Assembly: GCA_000146465.1 (NCBI GenBank)
Contig: CP001942.1
Length of the DNA stretch: 64,000 nucleotides
Reading direction: 5' to 3' (one strand)
Below the pieces are notes generated by a model. It ran no database searches and had not been told where the DNA came from. It saw nothing but the letters and a program-made list of their open reading frames with translations. How positions within the stretch are numbered: the stretch's first letter is position 1; each line of letters begins with the position of its first letter. The translations under genes were made by a program, and so were the position numbers. This document shows positions 46,630 through 56,982 of this stretch, piece by piece.

Positions 46630-49600
46630 ATGTTCATCAAGGAGATAGTTCTCGATGGGTTTAAATGCTATGAGGAAAAAGTGGTGGTAGCCAATCTCGA
46701 CAGATCGTTCAATGCAGTAACTGGGATGAATGGATCTGGGAAGTCCAATGTACTTGACGGGATCCTGTTTGCTCTTGGGCTTGAAGGTACAAAGGCGCTG
46801 CGTGCGAACAACATCAAGGAGCTTATCAATAGCAACAGAAAGGAATGTAAGGTAAGTGTTGTGATGTGTAACAAAGAAAAGGCGAGGAGTCCACCTGGGT
46901 ACGAACATTATGATGAGATTTGTGTTTCCCGGGCGATTGATAGTGAGGGAAGAACAAAATGCTATATAAATAATCACCTTTGTACCTTTTCGACGCTGAG
47001 CAAGCTGTGCGGGTCGATGGGCCTCACGTCCCGGGGATCTTTTTCTTCTGTTGTGATGCAAGGGCACATAACAAAAGTTCTGAGTATGAAGAGCTCTGAT
47101 CTCCGGGGGCTTATTGAAGAGACAGCAGGAACAAAGTCCTATGAGAAGGAGAAAGAGAAGGCAATGAGTATGATTGAGAAGAAAGAAGAGAAACTTAGAG
47201 AGGCCCAGGAGATGCTGAAGAGAAGGATATCGCCGTTTTACGACAAGCTTCGGGAGGAAAGAGCAAGGTTTCTGGAGACCCGAGACCTGAAGGAAAGGAA
47301 GAGGATTCTGTCGCAAAGGGAACAGGAAGTTAAAGAGATCCTGGTTGTGGATGAGGTTCGGGAAGAGATAGATGTTCTAGACAGGAGCTTAAGAAGTTAT
47401 ATTGAAGAGATGAAGAGCTTGGAACTGATTGAGAAAAGAATAGAGGAGATTTCGGGAGCAAAGGAGGAAGTGGATATTGTGTGGATTAAGGCATCTATTG
47501 ATGGAGAAAAGTTGAAATTGGATGAGATGAAGGGCAAAGGATTGGAAGAAAGACTTTTAAAGAAGAAGGAAGAAGTAAGGATGATGGAAGGATTGAGGCC
47601 AGGCCTAGAGCTTGCTAGACTTGTTGAGAGGGAAAGATTGCTTGCGGAGAGCTTAAGAAGAATGGACACTGGGGAAAACGATGTCCTGAGAAAAGCTGAA
47701 GAACTTACATCTCTTAAATTACAGAGGTCCCGAATTGAATTTGAGTTTAACTCAATCTCAGAGGGAGTTTTCTCTCAGGAGAGATTAGACGAGATTGAGA
47801 GGATTAAAGTCTCTGAAGAGGAGATTGAGGAGCTTCGGAAGAAGGCACAAGTACTAAGGTCTAAAATCAACTATCCTCTTGTTGAAGGGGTTTTCGGGAC
47901 TGTTGAGGAGAATGTTGAGGTATGTGATGAAAGATATCTTGAGGCGGTGTATACTGTAATGGGGGCCAGGGCCAAGTATGTTATAACATCGGACGAAAAA
48001 GTTGGGGGCCTTCTACTGAGCACTGCAGAGAGGAGTGTGAGCGTAATACCACTTTCGAAGATAAGGGTGTTTTGCCTCTCGGCAAGTGTTTTGAAAGAGA
48101 TAGAATCGAGAGGAGGTGTGAGTATGGTCAACCTTTTGAGATTTGACAACAGTGTTCGAAAGGCCATTGAGTTTGTATTTGGTAACTTCTTTATGTTTGA
48201 AAGCAAGGAGATGGCTAGAAAAGTCTGTTTTGAGCAGAAGGTGATGTGTGTAACCATTGATGGAACTGTATATGATCCAAAAGGAACACTTAGTGGAGGA
48301 AAGACGAGCTTCAAGATTGGTACTGTACGAAGAAAGGATGTGGAGGAGATAGAAAGGCTTGTTGAGTCTCTGGAGTTGAATAGAAGGAAGTTTGAGGCAC
48401 TGAAGGAGGAATATGCAAGGTTATTGAGGGGGAAGGTCTTGGATGAGAGAAGGTTAAAGCTTAAAAAGGAGATGGGGTCTCTGGATACACGGATCTCCGT
48501 TTTGTCTGATCTGTGCGAGGATGGAATGAACATCAGAGAGGAATTAAGGGTTGTACGAGAAAAGATAGTTGAAGGAATGAAGGAGAAGAGCAAAGCGGAT
48601 ATTATTGAAGAAAAGAAGAAGAAGTTAGAGTCCCAAATAAGAGAAATGGAGTTGGAGATCAAACAGAACCAAGAGGAGATGAGAAGGTGTGAAGAAAGGA
48701 TCTTGTCCTACGAAAAGATGCTTGGGAAACATGATGTTGAGAATGACAACAGAAGGATGAGCGAACGAGAGATGGATGGGCTTGAGTCCAAGCAAAGACA
48801 CTTGATTAGAAGTACTGGAAAGCTACAAAACAAGATTGCAAAGATTTATAATGATGTTGAGAGGAAGCTTAGACAAACTCTTAATGGTGAGGAGGAACAC
48901 ATATATGAAGACAGAGTACTTGATGAAGAGATCTATAAGACTGCCGAATCCATTGGAGTTAATCCTAGATATCTTTTAATCCGAAAGCAAAACATGGCAG
49001 AGAAAGAACGACTTGAATTGGTGGAGGAGCTGGAGATGATTAGAAGTGAAATGAAGAGGCTAAGCAGCATGAAGAAAAGTACGATGGACCCGGCGAACTT
49101 TGATCTTCTGGAGCGGAACGAACTGATGATCGAGGATCTAAAGGTGAAGATCGACAAGCTGGAAAAAGACAGGCTTGCGATTATACAAAGCATCTCAAGA
49201 TTTGATGATCTAGGATATAAGGAGAATCTGAAAGCGTTCCACCACATCAATGGAAGATTGGGAAGGTTTCTTAGATACTTCATACCAGAGTCGGATGCAA
49301 GGATCGATGAAAACAATGGAGAGTATTCCTTAAGAGTCAAGATAGGAAACTGGAAGGAGTCTTTGGGAGAGCTTAGCGGGGGGCAGAGATCTCTTGTAGC
49401 TCTTTGTCTAATATTTTCCATGCTTACATACAGACCATCCTCATTTTATATTTTCGACGAGATTGATTCTGCATTGGACCTAAGCTATACACAAGGAATT
49501 GGAGAGATCATAAGGAACGAGTTTAGCAATGCCCAGTTCATAGTGGTATCCCTAAAGAATGGGATGTTTGACAATGCAAATAACATATTCAAGGTGTATC

Positions 49601-49638
49601 TACAGGATGGAAAGTCGAGGATATGTAGAATAAAGTGA
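46630..49638 (+). CDS. SMC2: Structural maintenance of chromosomes protein, SMC2-like (condensin)
   Basis: The N-terminus 'IKEIVLDGFKCY...AVTGMNGSGKSNVLDGILFALG' and 'VMQGHITKVLSMK' match SMC2. A long coiled coil and hinge follow, and the C-terminal 'LSGGQRSLVALCLIFSM...FYIFDEIDSALD' supplies the signature and Walker B. Confidence 0.8.
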   Translation: MFIKEIVLDGFKCYEEKVVVANLDRSFNAVTGMNGSGKSNVLDGILFALGLEGTKALRANNIKELINSNRKECKVSVVMCNKEKARSPPGYEHYDEICVSRAIDSEGRTKCYINNHLCTFSTLSKLCGSMGLTSRGSFSSVVMQGHITKVLSMKSSDLRGLIEETAGTKSYEKEKEKAMSMIEKKEEKLREAQEMLKRRISPFYDKLREERARFLETRDLKERKRILSQREQEVKEILVVDEVREEIDVLDRSLRSYIEEMKSLELIEKRIEEISGAKEEVDIVWIKASIDGEKLKLDEMKGKGLEERLLKKKEEVRMMEGLRPGLELARLVERERLLAESLRRMDTGENDVLRKAEELTSLKLQRSRIEFEFNSISEGVFSQERLDEIERIKVSEEEIEELRKKAQVLRSKINYPLVEGVFGTVEENVEVCDERYLEAVYTVMGARAKYVITSDEKVGGLLLSTAERSVSVIPLSKIRVFCLSASVLKEIESRGGVSMVNLLRFDNSVRKAIEFVFGNFFMFESKEMARKVCFEQKVMCVTIDGTVYDPKGTLSGGKTSFKIGTVRRKDVEEIERLVESLELNRRKFEALKEEYARLLRGKVLDERRLKLKKEMGSLDTRISVLSDLCEDGMNIREELRVVREKIVEGMKEKSKADIIEEKKKKLESQIREMELEIKQNQEEMRRCEERILSYEKMLGKHDVENDNRRMSEREMDGLESKQRHLIRSTGKLQNKIAKIYNDVERKLRQTLNGEEEHIYEDRVLDEEIYKTAESIGVNPRYLLIRKQNMAEKERLELVEELEMIRSEMKRLSSMKKSTMDPANFDLLERNELMIEDLKVKIDKLEKDRLAIIQSISRFDDLGYKENLKAFHHINGRLGRFLRYFIPESDARIDENNGEYSLRVKIGNWKESLGELSGGQRSLVALCLIFSMLTYRPSSFYIFDEIDSALDLSYTQGIGEIIRNEFSNAQFIVVSLKNGMFDNANNIFKVYLQDGKSRICRIK

Positions 49639-49670
49639 CGATTGCATGGAATTAAAATATTTTATAGTCT

Positions 49671-51560
49671 ATGTTTGTGGATCGGAAACACCCTCAGGGA
49701 ATGAATGAGACTATGAAAAGCGCAAAGTTTGATCTAGACACAGGAGACAGCGATAGCCATAACTACATCCACAACGAGTCGGAAAGCTACTCTGCCGAGG
49801 ATGGAAAGTACGAGGTAGGAAAGGAGGAAAACAACGATCCATTTGAGAAGCTGAAGAGTAGTGCAGCAGACACTCTTCATCAGAGGACAGGATGGATTTT
49901 CCTGATAGGTGTTTTTCTATCCATACTTGCTGTGTGCTGCTGGAATTTTCACATGGATGTCAAAGATAGGAATGAAGCGACTTTCAGCGTCCGAGTGAGA
50001 GATGTTCTACTTGTATGTTCTGCAGGAGTGTTTTTCTTCATTGCCTTAAACTTCATTATCTTTAAGACGAGTTTTCTAGGAATGAAGAGGTCCAACAGCC
50101 TAAACACATTCTTCTACTACACCAACGAGCTCTCGGAACATATTTCTGTGGGAACCATCTTGATCTTTGGATTTTTCTTTGTGTTTCTGAAGGACTTGGA
50201 CTGTTGTGTATATAACAAGCAAAGCCTTGATCTATTTCTCACTGATGTGTTTGGCAGTCTGTTGATAGCAATCTTTATGCTCGGGGTTGTAAGGGTATTC
50301 CATCGGGCCATATCGATGAATTTCAACTACTCTGTGTACATTAAGAGGATTAGAAGGGTGCTCCTGGAGGATGCATTTATCAACCTTCTTGGAGTCCTGG
50401 ACACCAAGAGGAACAGGGGGATTGAGAGGTCCAGGCTGAACAAGTCCCAAGAGATTATGTACAGGAGCGATGCGATTTCGTCGATAAACGAATATATGGA
50501 GGACTTATATGGGTACAACGAGCCTACCAACGAGCTGGACCTTCCCAGAAAGAGAGTTCTTCTTAAGGAGTTTCAAAGACTCATGCGGCGTTCAAGCGGG
50601 ATTCGTGGAGATGTCATGAAAATGTCCCAAAGACTCAAGAACAGGGCAGGGAGTAAGGCAAGCAAGATAGTTGGAAAGGATGGAAGTATTGGTCCTATGT
50701 CTGATCTGTCGCTATATTTCCACAACCCAGAGGTGTTCAAATTCCTGATGAAGGAAATCGGTGTTGAAGAAGGGTTTAAATTCAGCAAAAGCAGCCTGGC
50801 GGACTTTATTGAAAGAACATACCGGGAGAGACACTTCTTGAAAGAGAATCTCGAGCACATGAATTCAGCCATAGACAAGGTTGCATTTGGCCTCAAAATC
50901 ATAATAGGAGGACTTATTATAGCAATGATGTACATCAGAGCAGGAGGAGAAGGAGTTACAACCATCGGAGTGATTTCTGCATTGTTTGGTACACAGTTTA
51001 TATCCAACTCGTTTTCCGAGAGTGTGATTGGTAGCATAATCTTTCTATTTTTCATTCATCCGTATGACATTGGAGATCGGATCTTTGTGACTCTAGATGG
51101 AGAGGAAGAGAACTTGGTTGTATCGGAGCTGAATGTGTTTTCGACTGTATTCTACAGATGGGATGGGGTCTACATAACAATCCTCAATACAGTGTTGGCA
51201 CAGAAAGCAATCAGAAATCTTCGAAGGAGTGGAATCATGGCCGAGTCCCATAAGATTCAAGTAAACAGCAGGACTAACCAGAAGAAGTTGATCCGTTTGA
51301 AGGAACTCATAGAGGACTTTGTCAAGAGCAACCCAGAAGACTATACAGAGTACATAATGCTAAATCATGAATTTATTTCGGATGCATCGAAGCTGCACAT
51401 GAAAGTCTATATGCAGTATAAGAGCAGCTGGCAGAACTTCGAGTTATACCTCCGAAGAAAAACCAAGTTCCTGTCTTTTTTGAATAGAGCCCTCCAGGAG
51501 TTAGAGATAGAGTATATTCTGCCACCAATGCCGATTTCCTTAAGGAATGTCCAGAACTAG
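49671..51560 (+). CDS. MscS-like mechanosensitive ion channel (eukaryotic Msy/MSL type)
   Basis: Multiple TM helices precede the MscS pore/beta-domain motif 'IGSIIFLFFIHPYDIGDRIFVTLDGEEENLVVSELNVFSTVFYRWDG'. Confidence 0.7.
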   Translation: MFVDRKHPQGMNETMKSAKFDLDTGDSDSHNYIHNESESYSAEDGKYEVGKEENNDPFEKLKSSAADTLHQRTGWIFLIGVFLSILAVCCWNFHMDVKDRNEATFSVRVRDVLLVCSAGVFFFIALNFIIFKTSFLGMKRSNSLNTFFYYTNELSEHISVGTILIFGFFFVFLKDLDCCVYNKQSLDLFLTDVFGSLLIAIFMLGVVRVFHRAISMNFNYSVYIKRIRRVLLEDAFINLLGVLDTKRNRGIERSRLNKSQEIMYRSDAISSINEYMEDLYGYNEPTNELDLPRKRVLLKEFQRLMRRSSGIRGDVMKMSQRLKNRAGSKASKIVGKDGSIGPMSDLSLYFHNPEVFKFLMKEIGVEEGFKFSKSSLADFIERTYRERHFLKENLEHMNSAIDKVAFGLKIIIGGLIIAMMYIRAGGEGVTTIGVISALFGTQFISNSFSESVIGSIIFLFFIHPYDIGDRIFVTLDGEEENLVVSELNVFSTVFYRWDGVYITILNTVLAQKAIRNLRRSGIMAESHKIQVNSRTNQKKLIRLKELIEDFVKSNPEDYTEYIMLNHEFISDASKLHMKVYMQYKSSWQNFELYLRRKTKFLSFLNRALQELEIEYILPPMPISLRNVQN

Positions 51561-51627
51561 GTCGTTCTCCTCTCGAAAGGAATATGCCTTTTTGGTAAGG
51601 ACCAAGAATTGAGAATAGCCCTGAGAA

Positions 51628-52779
51628 ATGGGAAGCCAGCTTTGGGCTGAGAGGTATAGGCCTAGGAAATACACAGAGCTGGTGTTCAAAGGAGATGTCC
51701 ATCACGATGCCCTAAAATGGCTAAAGGACTATCCAGAGCATGGAAAGATCCTCTTGCTGCGGGGACCCTCAGGGACTGGCAAGACTTCATTGGCATATGT
51801 TCTTTCATCTGCACTTGGATTCGATCTTGTTGAGTTCAATGCAGACAACGATCCTGACTGGATGGATAGGATGCTTAACAGCAACAGGATTATTAATGGA
51901 AGAAAAAATATAATTCTTGTCGATGAAATAGACGGGAACCCATTTCTAAATGTGGATAAGCTGATATCTTCTCCGAAGTTAGTTTGTCCTCTAGTGATGA
52001 CGTCTAACGAAATGTGCCTGAAAGATGTTTACACTGTGGAGATTCAAAGACCAGGATTTGAAGAAGTCAGAAGAGGGATAGAAAAGATTTGTAAGGAACA
52101 AGGAATCAGTATTGAGAACTCCATTCTGTCGCAGATGGCCTCAGAATCGGGAGGAGATCTTAGAACAATAATAAATCATCTTCAAATACATGGGAAAAGG
52201 CTAAAAAGCTCAGGCTATCTAGGAATTCACAAAACAAATACAATAAGCCAACACAAAGCGGCAGAGCTTATTCTGTCAAGAAACATAGGATGGAAAGCGT
52301 ATGAAGATATATATTCCAGTAGTGTCCTGTCTCTATGCCACAGTTCGTTCCCATACAATACAAATATGATGAAATGCATTGCAGATATAAGTGAGGCCAC
52401 GTCAATTGCGGACCTCCTCCCTGAGGAATTCAAGTATATAGCCCTGTCGAAGTACGGCACCTGTAATAACAGAAAGCCCAACATACAGGGAATAGAGTAT
52501 TATAATGAGCCTAGAAGCGATCTTCTAAAAGAGACGGTCCTTCCATTTTTCAAAAAATATGATCTGAATAGGTCGGACAGAAGAAGTCTAAACCATCTTA
52601 AGGAAATAGTGAAGACATATGGCATCAAAGATGTGAAGCTGAAGGAAGAGAACTTAACAGAAGTGGGTGGAAGTAAGGCTTCTAAGAAATTCAAATTTAA
52701 ATACAAGTCCGGGTGTTCGGTGGCATTTCGAAGGGACGTAACAATGGACGATATCATGGATTGGTTTTTTAAGTCTTAG
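51628..52779 (+). CDS. RFC-like AAA+ clamp-loader subunit (RFC1/Ctf18-like)
   Basis: The RFC box 'WAERYRPRKYTELV' is followed by Walker A 'LLRGPSGTGKTSLA' and Walker B 'IILVDEIDG'. Confidence 0.55.
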   Translation: MGSQLWAERYRPRKYTELVFKGDVHHDALKWLKDYPEHGKILLLRGPSGTGKTSLAYVLSSALGFDLVEFNADNDPDWMDRMLNSNRIINGRKNIILVDEIDGNPFLNVDKLISSPKLVCPLVMTSNEMCLKDVYTVEIQRPGFEEVRRGIEKICKEQGISIENSILSQMASESGGDLRTIINHLQIHGKRLKSSGYLGIHKTNTISQHKAAELILSRNIGWKAYEDIYSSSVLSLCHSSFPYNTNMMKCIADISEATSIADLLPEEFKYIALSKYGTCNNRKPNIQGIEYYNEPRSDLLKETVLPFFKKYDLNRSDRRSLNHLKEIVKTYGIKDVKLKEENLTEVGGSKASKKFKFKYKSGCSVAFRRDVTMDDIMDWFFKS

Positions 52780-53914
52780 ATTCGTCTAGGTCTTTTTCTA
52801 GCAAGGAATAAATGAGTTCTGTAAGTTCTTTTGGATTTATAACAGATTTATGGTACAAGACAAGAAGTAAGTCTACTACTGAGGGACTTTTCCTTTCTTG
52901 CCTAACAAACTTAGCTATATCATCCATGAATACGTTTCCATGTAGAGTAAGGGTGTTCCACTTTTTCATCAAAGCAAGGGAATTCTCTGGAAGTTCTGAC
53001 TCTGATTCTATGTTTCTATTTATCAGGGTTGAAAGGGTATCTATCGACCAGACTCCGGCGGCAAAACTCTCAGATGTTTTCTGGTCCGTTGGATCTTTTC
53101 TTGATTCTAGTCCTTTTCTTCTATATCTTCTGGAAAGATAAGTCAAGGTTCTAGAGGCTTCCGGGGCTTCTGCCTCGGATTTCTTAAGGTAAAGAGACTT
53201 TTCTTTCTGTATGCATTCATATCCAGAGTGTATGCGGCTAATATGGAACACCAGAGAGTCAATAGATTCAAACTCCTTAATACAGAAAACACAACAAAAA
53301 CCATACACACAATACTTTTCCCCTTCAATTTCAAAATTGAGAACATGTTTAGACCGTCTTCCTACATCGCTTGAGAAGCCCCAATAATAATGAAGAAGAC
53401 CTTTGCTCTTACTTTTGATATTTATGGACTTGAGTACTAGATCGTGAGAAGGTTCCCTGTCCATTCTGTAGAATCCGTCCTCATGGAATAGCTCGATCCT
53501 ATACAAAGGCACTTTGGAATCTCTAAGAGAATGGCATCCACTAAAATGAGCGTGATACACAGAAGCTTTTCCATCCATATCTACAATAAACATATAGAGA
53601 ACAGTCTTATCATGGCACGAAAAGTTTGTCATTCTAGTTTTCTGTACTTCTCTAATAGAATAGCAATCGCCTGCTTCCAGGGCAGACGAAAAGTTTATTC
53701 CAGATCTAACTCCATCATTCCAATGGTATCCTCTCACTAGTAGGGTAGCAGGTTGTGGCTTCCCAACTCTGGGCACAATGGATACCATATAGGACACCGA
53801 ACATTCCTTTGTATTGTTCAGGAAAACCTTCCTTTCCTTTTCCATTTTTCTTGGGTGCCTCAATAGAACAGGCGGAAACAAACCAAGACTATTCTCCACA
53901 AGCCAATTAATCAT
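52769..53914 (-). CDS. C2H2 zinc-finger hypothetical protein
   Basis: A single clear C2H2-like element, 'CVFCIKEFESIDSLVFHISRIH', is present. Confidence 0.4.
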   Translation of the reverse strand: MINWLVENSLGLFPPVLLRHPRKMEKERKVFLNNTKECSVSYMVSIVPRVGKPQPATLLVRGYHWNDGVRSGINFSSALEAGDCYSIREVQKTRMTNFSCHDKTVLYMFIVDMDGKASVYHAHFSGCHSLRDSKVPLYRIELFHEDGFYRMDREPSHDLVLKSINIKSKSKGLLHYYWGFSSDVGRRSKHVLNFEIEGEKYCVYGFCCVFCIKEFESIDSLVFHISRIHSGYECIQKEKSLYLKKSEAEAPEASRTLTYLSRRYRRKGLESRKDPTDQKTSESFAAGVWSIDTLSTLINRNIESESELPENSLALMKKWNTLTLHGNVFMDDIAKFVRQERKSPSVVDLLLVLYHKSVINPKELTELIYSLLEKDLDESKT

Positions 53915-53985
53915 ACTAATGGGTTGTTTGAGGTAGAAGAAACTTTATTAAATAGTCTTTACAGGGCTAAACTCAATCAATGTTG

Positions 53986-55116
53986 TCAATGGGGAGAAGA
54001 TTCAGGAGCTATCGAGAAGATACTCTCGTTGTCGGAGTAATTTAACGATGTAGGATTTTCAATGTTTTTGTTGTAGAAGTGGCTGTAGACGCTCTGTGCA
54101 TTCTCAAGTTTTTTTACAAGCCCTATGTTTTCAGTCTCAAGATCTTTCAATCTGGACTCTTTTGCTTTCAATTCCTCCTTCATCTTTTTCATTTTCTCTT
54201 CCATTCCCTTCATCTTCTTCTTGAGGTCCTCGATCTCAGCTTTGTACTTCTTGTTGTTCAACCGAAGATCCTTTGACGCTTCTTCATTTCCATTTATTGT
54301 GCTCTTCATCTGTGCCATATCATCGTTGTACTTTCTTATTATCCCATTTGCTGTGTTTAGTTCCTCTTTGAGAGTTTTGTTTTCGTCCTCTATCTCTTGG
54401 GCTCTTTCAACAAGCCCTGAGTTCTTCACATCCTGAAGTTTAAGCTTATCCAGATCATACTGTAGTCTCCCGTTTTCCTTTTCTAAATCATAAACTCTAT
54501 TGCTCAATCGGTCAACCTCTTCCTTCCGGGAGTTGTTATTTTCGCTCAGCATCTCATTCTCCTTATATAGCTTATCTATTTTCTTTTGTGAAGCAGAAAC
54601 TTCCTCTTCCAGGTATCTGATCCTGTCTCTTACCTCCTTCTCTCCATTCTTGCACTTGTCTCGAAGCATTCCATTCTCTTTAATAAGCCTCACGTTGTCA
54701 GATTCCATTCGGCCTATCATGTCTCCAAGATACATCTTGTAATGTGTTTCGTCGGGCTTTGAAAACTTCAATTCTAGCCTGATTATGTTCCTAAAATCAT
54801 CCTTCTCAACAAACAGAAACTTGTTGGTTTCCTTCGAAAACAATCCCCTCAGCTTTCCACTGTGCAGGCTATGGAACATTTTCACCAAAATCGATACAAA
54901 CCTTTCGTAGTCAACAATAATGTCTTGCTCTCTCTTCATTACATAGAAGTCTCCTGGAGATATTGTGCTGAAGTAGAATGTAAAGATATCTCTTGTATCT
55001 ATGAGTCGGATCTCAATCTCATCGTCCGAGCGCACAATGTCACACTTCATCTGCCAAGGTATTTCTTCGTTTGGGCACGATATAGGAATCTTCCCAGTGA
55101 AAATCGACTCCCTCAT
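53986..55116 (-). CDS. Coiled-coil protein with globular N-terminal head (XRCC4/SAS-6-superfamily-like architecture)
   Basis: A head of about 120 aa is followed by a roughly 200-aa heptad-rich coiled coil (E/K/L-rich) and a Ser/Asn-rich tail. The family assignment is speculative. Confidence 0.35.
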   Translation of the reverse strand: MRESIFTGKIPISCPNEEIPWQMKCDIVRSDDEIEIRLIDTRDIFTFYFSTISPGDFYVMKREQDIIVDYERFVSILVKMFHSLHSGKLRGLFSKETNKFLFVEKDDFRNIIRLELKFSKPDETHYKMYLGDMIGRMESDNVRLIKENGMLRDKCKNGEKEVRDRIRYLEEEVSASQKKIDKLYKENEMLSENNNSRKEEVDRLSNRVYDLEKENGRLQYDLDKLKLQDVKNSGLVERAQEIEDENKTLKEELNTANGIIRKYNDDMAQMKSTINGNEEASKDLRLNNKKYKAEIEDLKKKMKGMEEKMKKMKEELKAKESRLKDLETENIGLVKKLENAQSVYSHFYNKNIENPTSLNYSDNESIFSIAPESSPH

Positions 55117-55181
55117 TTCGGGGTTGGGTTTAGGTATTCAGTAATATAAGTCTGTTCATCCAAGAACATGTTCTCTACCCC

Positions 55182-56945
55182 ATGGCAGACATCAAGAAGA
55201 TACACAGACTGCAAGACATCAGCTCTGCTATGTCATGTCTTGGCATCGATATGCCACAGATAGTAGCAATAGGATCACAAAGCAGTGGAAAGAGTAGCGT
55301 GCTAGAGCAGATAATAAAAAGAGAGGTTCTTCCTCGAGGCACAAACCTAGTGACAAGATGTCCAATTGTCCTACATCTTAGAAGATGTGAAGATGGTGCA
55401 GAAGGCGTGGTATTTGATCATCTTGCAGGGTCTGTTGACTTTGGCACTGCAGGCTCTATAATTATAAAAAGAATGGAAGAAATATGCGGAATCAACAAAG
55501 GAATTAGCAGTAGACCAATAACTGCCTTTGTTAATCTAAAGGACACGCTTGAGATGACTGTGGTCGACCTTCCGGGCCTTATAAAGGTCCCTATTGGAGA
55601 GCAGCCCGAAGACATCGAGATACAGGTTGAGGACATGGTTCTTGGCTACGCAATGAAGGACTCGTCGATAATCCTAGCTCTTGTAAATGCCAATGCAGAC
55701 ATCGCAACAAATGAAGCACTTAAGATAGCTAAAAAGGCGGATCCTCAGTTGAAAAGGACTCTGGGTGTGGTTACAAAAATCGATCTAATGGATGCAGGAA
55801 CAGATTGCATGAACATCCTTTCGAATAGGAATCCAAAACTGGCTCTTGGATATATTGGTGTGATAAATAGAGGGCAGCAGGATATTGCCAAGGGTGTATC
55901 TATAAACGAGGCTATTCATAAGGAGTCGAAGTACTTCAAGGAAAATCCCTTATATGGCAAAATATATCCCAATATAGGGTCGGAATACCTTATAAAGAGA
56001 CTAAACGAAATATTCTACGAGAAGGCAATGGAATCAGTCCCGGGAATTAAGACAGCTGTGAAAAACCAGTTGAACGACAAGGCAAAAAGACTCCATGAAA
56101 TAGAATCAGGGAATTCTGTGAAAAGGGAGCAGTCTCTTGTGCTAGATTACCACCAAGCCATTCTGGAAATATTCAGGCACGTTAGGCCGAATGTTGGAGT
56201 GTTTTCCAAGAGTTCCTCGGGCTTTTTGAATGAGCTCAAGAAGGCATTTGAAGAAGATGAGTTTCTTGCAATCTTCGAGGACCTACCCTCCAGGCTTAGC
56301 AGATCTTCATACATATTTATATCGGAGGCTGTTTTCTATGACGTGGTGAGAGAAAACATAAAGAAAATGGCTACAGAATATCTGGAGAAAGTCGATAATA
56401 TTGTGAAGCTACTCATTAAAGAGATCTGGTCAATATCAAGTCCAAGCTTTGCAGTACTCTCCAAGAAACTTAATGGTGTGGTGAGTGAATGCATAGAAGA
56501 GCAAAGATGCAAACTAGCCGATAGCATACACTTATACTCGTCGATCCAGTCGTCGTACATCAATGTAAACCACCCAGACTTTGACAGGCCGAGAGCCCTG
56601 AGCCTGATTCTTCGAAAAATACCAAGAAGCGAATCCGGTCTTTTGGGGATGTTCAACTCCAAAGAAGTGTCTTTTGAAGACAAGGCCTTTGAAGTGAGAC
56701 TTATAAAGGAGCTAGCCGGATCCTATCTTAGAATTGTAAACAAGGAAATGAGAAATTATGTCCTAAAAGCAATTCATTACTACTTATGTGAGTACATGGA
56801 TTCTAGGCTTCCTAGCGTTCTTACAGAGCTGGAAATTGAGGAGACCGAGATGGCCGAGTGTCCTGAGATTGTTGGAGAAAGAAATAGCCTTGCTAAAGAC
56901 ATAGAGATATTGAAGAATGCACTTTCCAGCCTAAGCGGATTCTGA
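55182..56945 (+). CDS. Dynamin-family GTPase (Vps1/Dnm1-like, no PH domain)
   Basis: The G1 motif 'GSQSSGKSSVLE' and G2-G4 motifs ('LPRG', 'DLPG', 'TKID') are followed by middle and GED-like regions. Confidence 0.85.
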   Translation: MADIKKIHRLQDISSAMSCLGIDMPQIVAIGSQSSGKSSVLEQIIKREVLPRGTNLVTRCPIVLHLRRCEDGAEGVVFDHLAGSVDFGTAGSIIIKRMEEICGINKGISSRPITAFVNLKDTLEMTVVDLPGLIKVPIGEQPEDIEIQVEDMVLGYAMKDSSIILALVNANADIATNEALKIAKKADPQLKRTLGVVTKIDLMDAGTDCMNILSNRNPKLALGYIGVINRGQQDIAKGVSINEAIHKESKYFKENPLYGKIYPNIGSEYLIKRLNEIFYEKAMESVPGIKTAVKNQLNDKAKRLHEIESGNSVKREQSLVLDYHQAILEIFRHVRPNVGVFSKSSSGFLNELKKAFEEDEFLAIFEDLPSRLSRSSYIFISEAVFYDVVRENIKKMATEYLEKVDNIVKLLIKEIWSISSPSFAVLSKKLNGVVSECIEEQRCKLADSIHLYSSIQSSYINVNHPDFDRPRALSLILRKIPRSESGLLGMFNSKEVSFEDKAFEVRLIKELAGSYLRIVNKEMRNYVLKAIHYYLCEYMDSRLPSVLTELEIEETEMAECPEIVGERNSLAKDIEILKNALSSLSGF

Positions 56946-56982
56946 TTTCCAAAATAAAAGCCCAATGGAATGATTTTTCCTT

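Noticed and set aside
46615-47316. 233-aa minus-strand ORF
   Set aside because: It is entirely antisense to the SMC2 N-terminal ATPase head, which has unmistakable Walker A and SMC motifs. Its Leu/Ser/Pro-rich composition is typical of antisense-of-coding artefacts.
47871-48662. 263-aa Ser/Leu/Phe-rich minus-strand ORF
   Set aside because: It is antisense to the SMC2 coiled-coil region. E/K/R-rich coils give long stop-free antisense frames rich in S/L/F.
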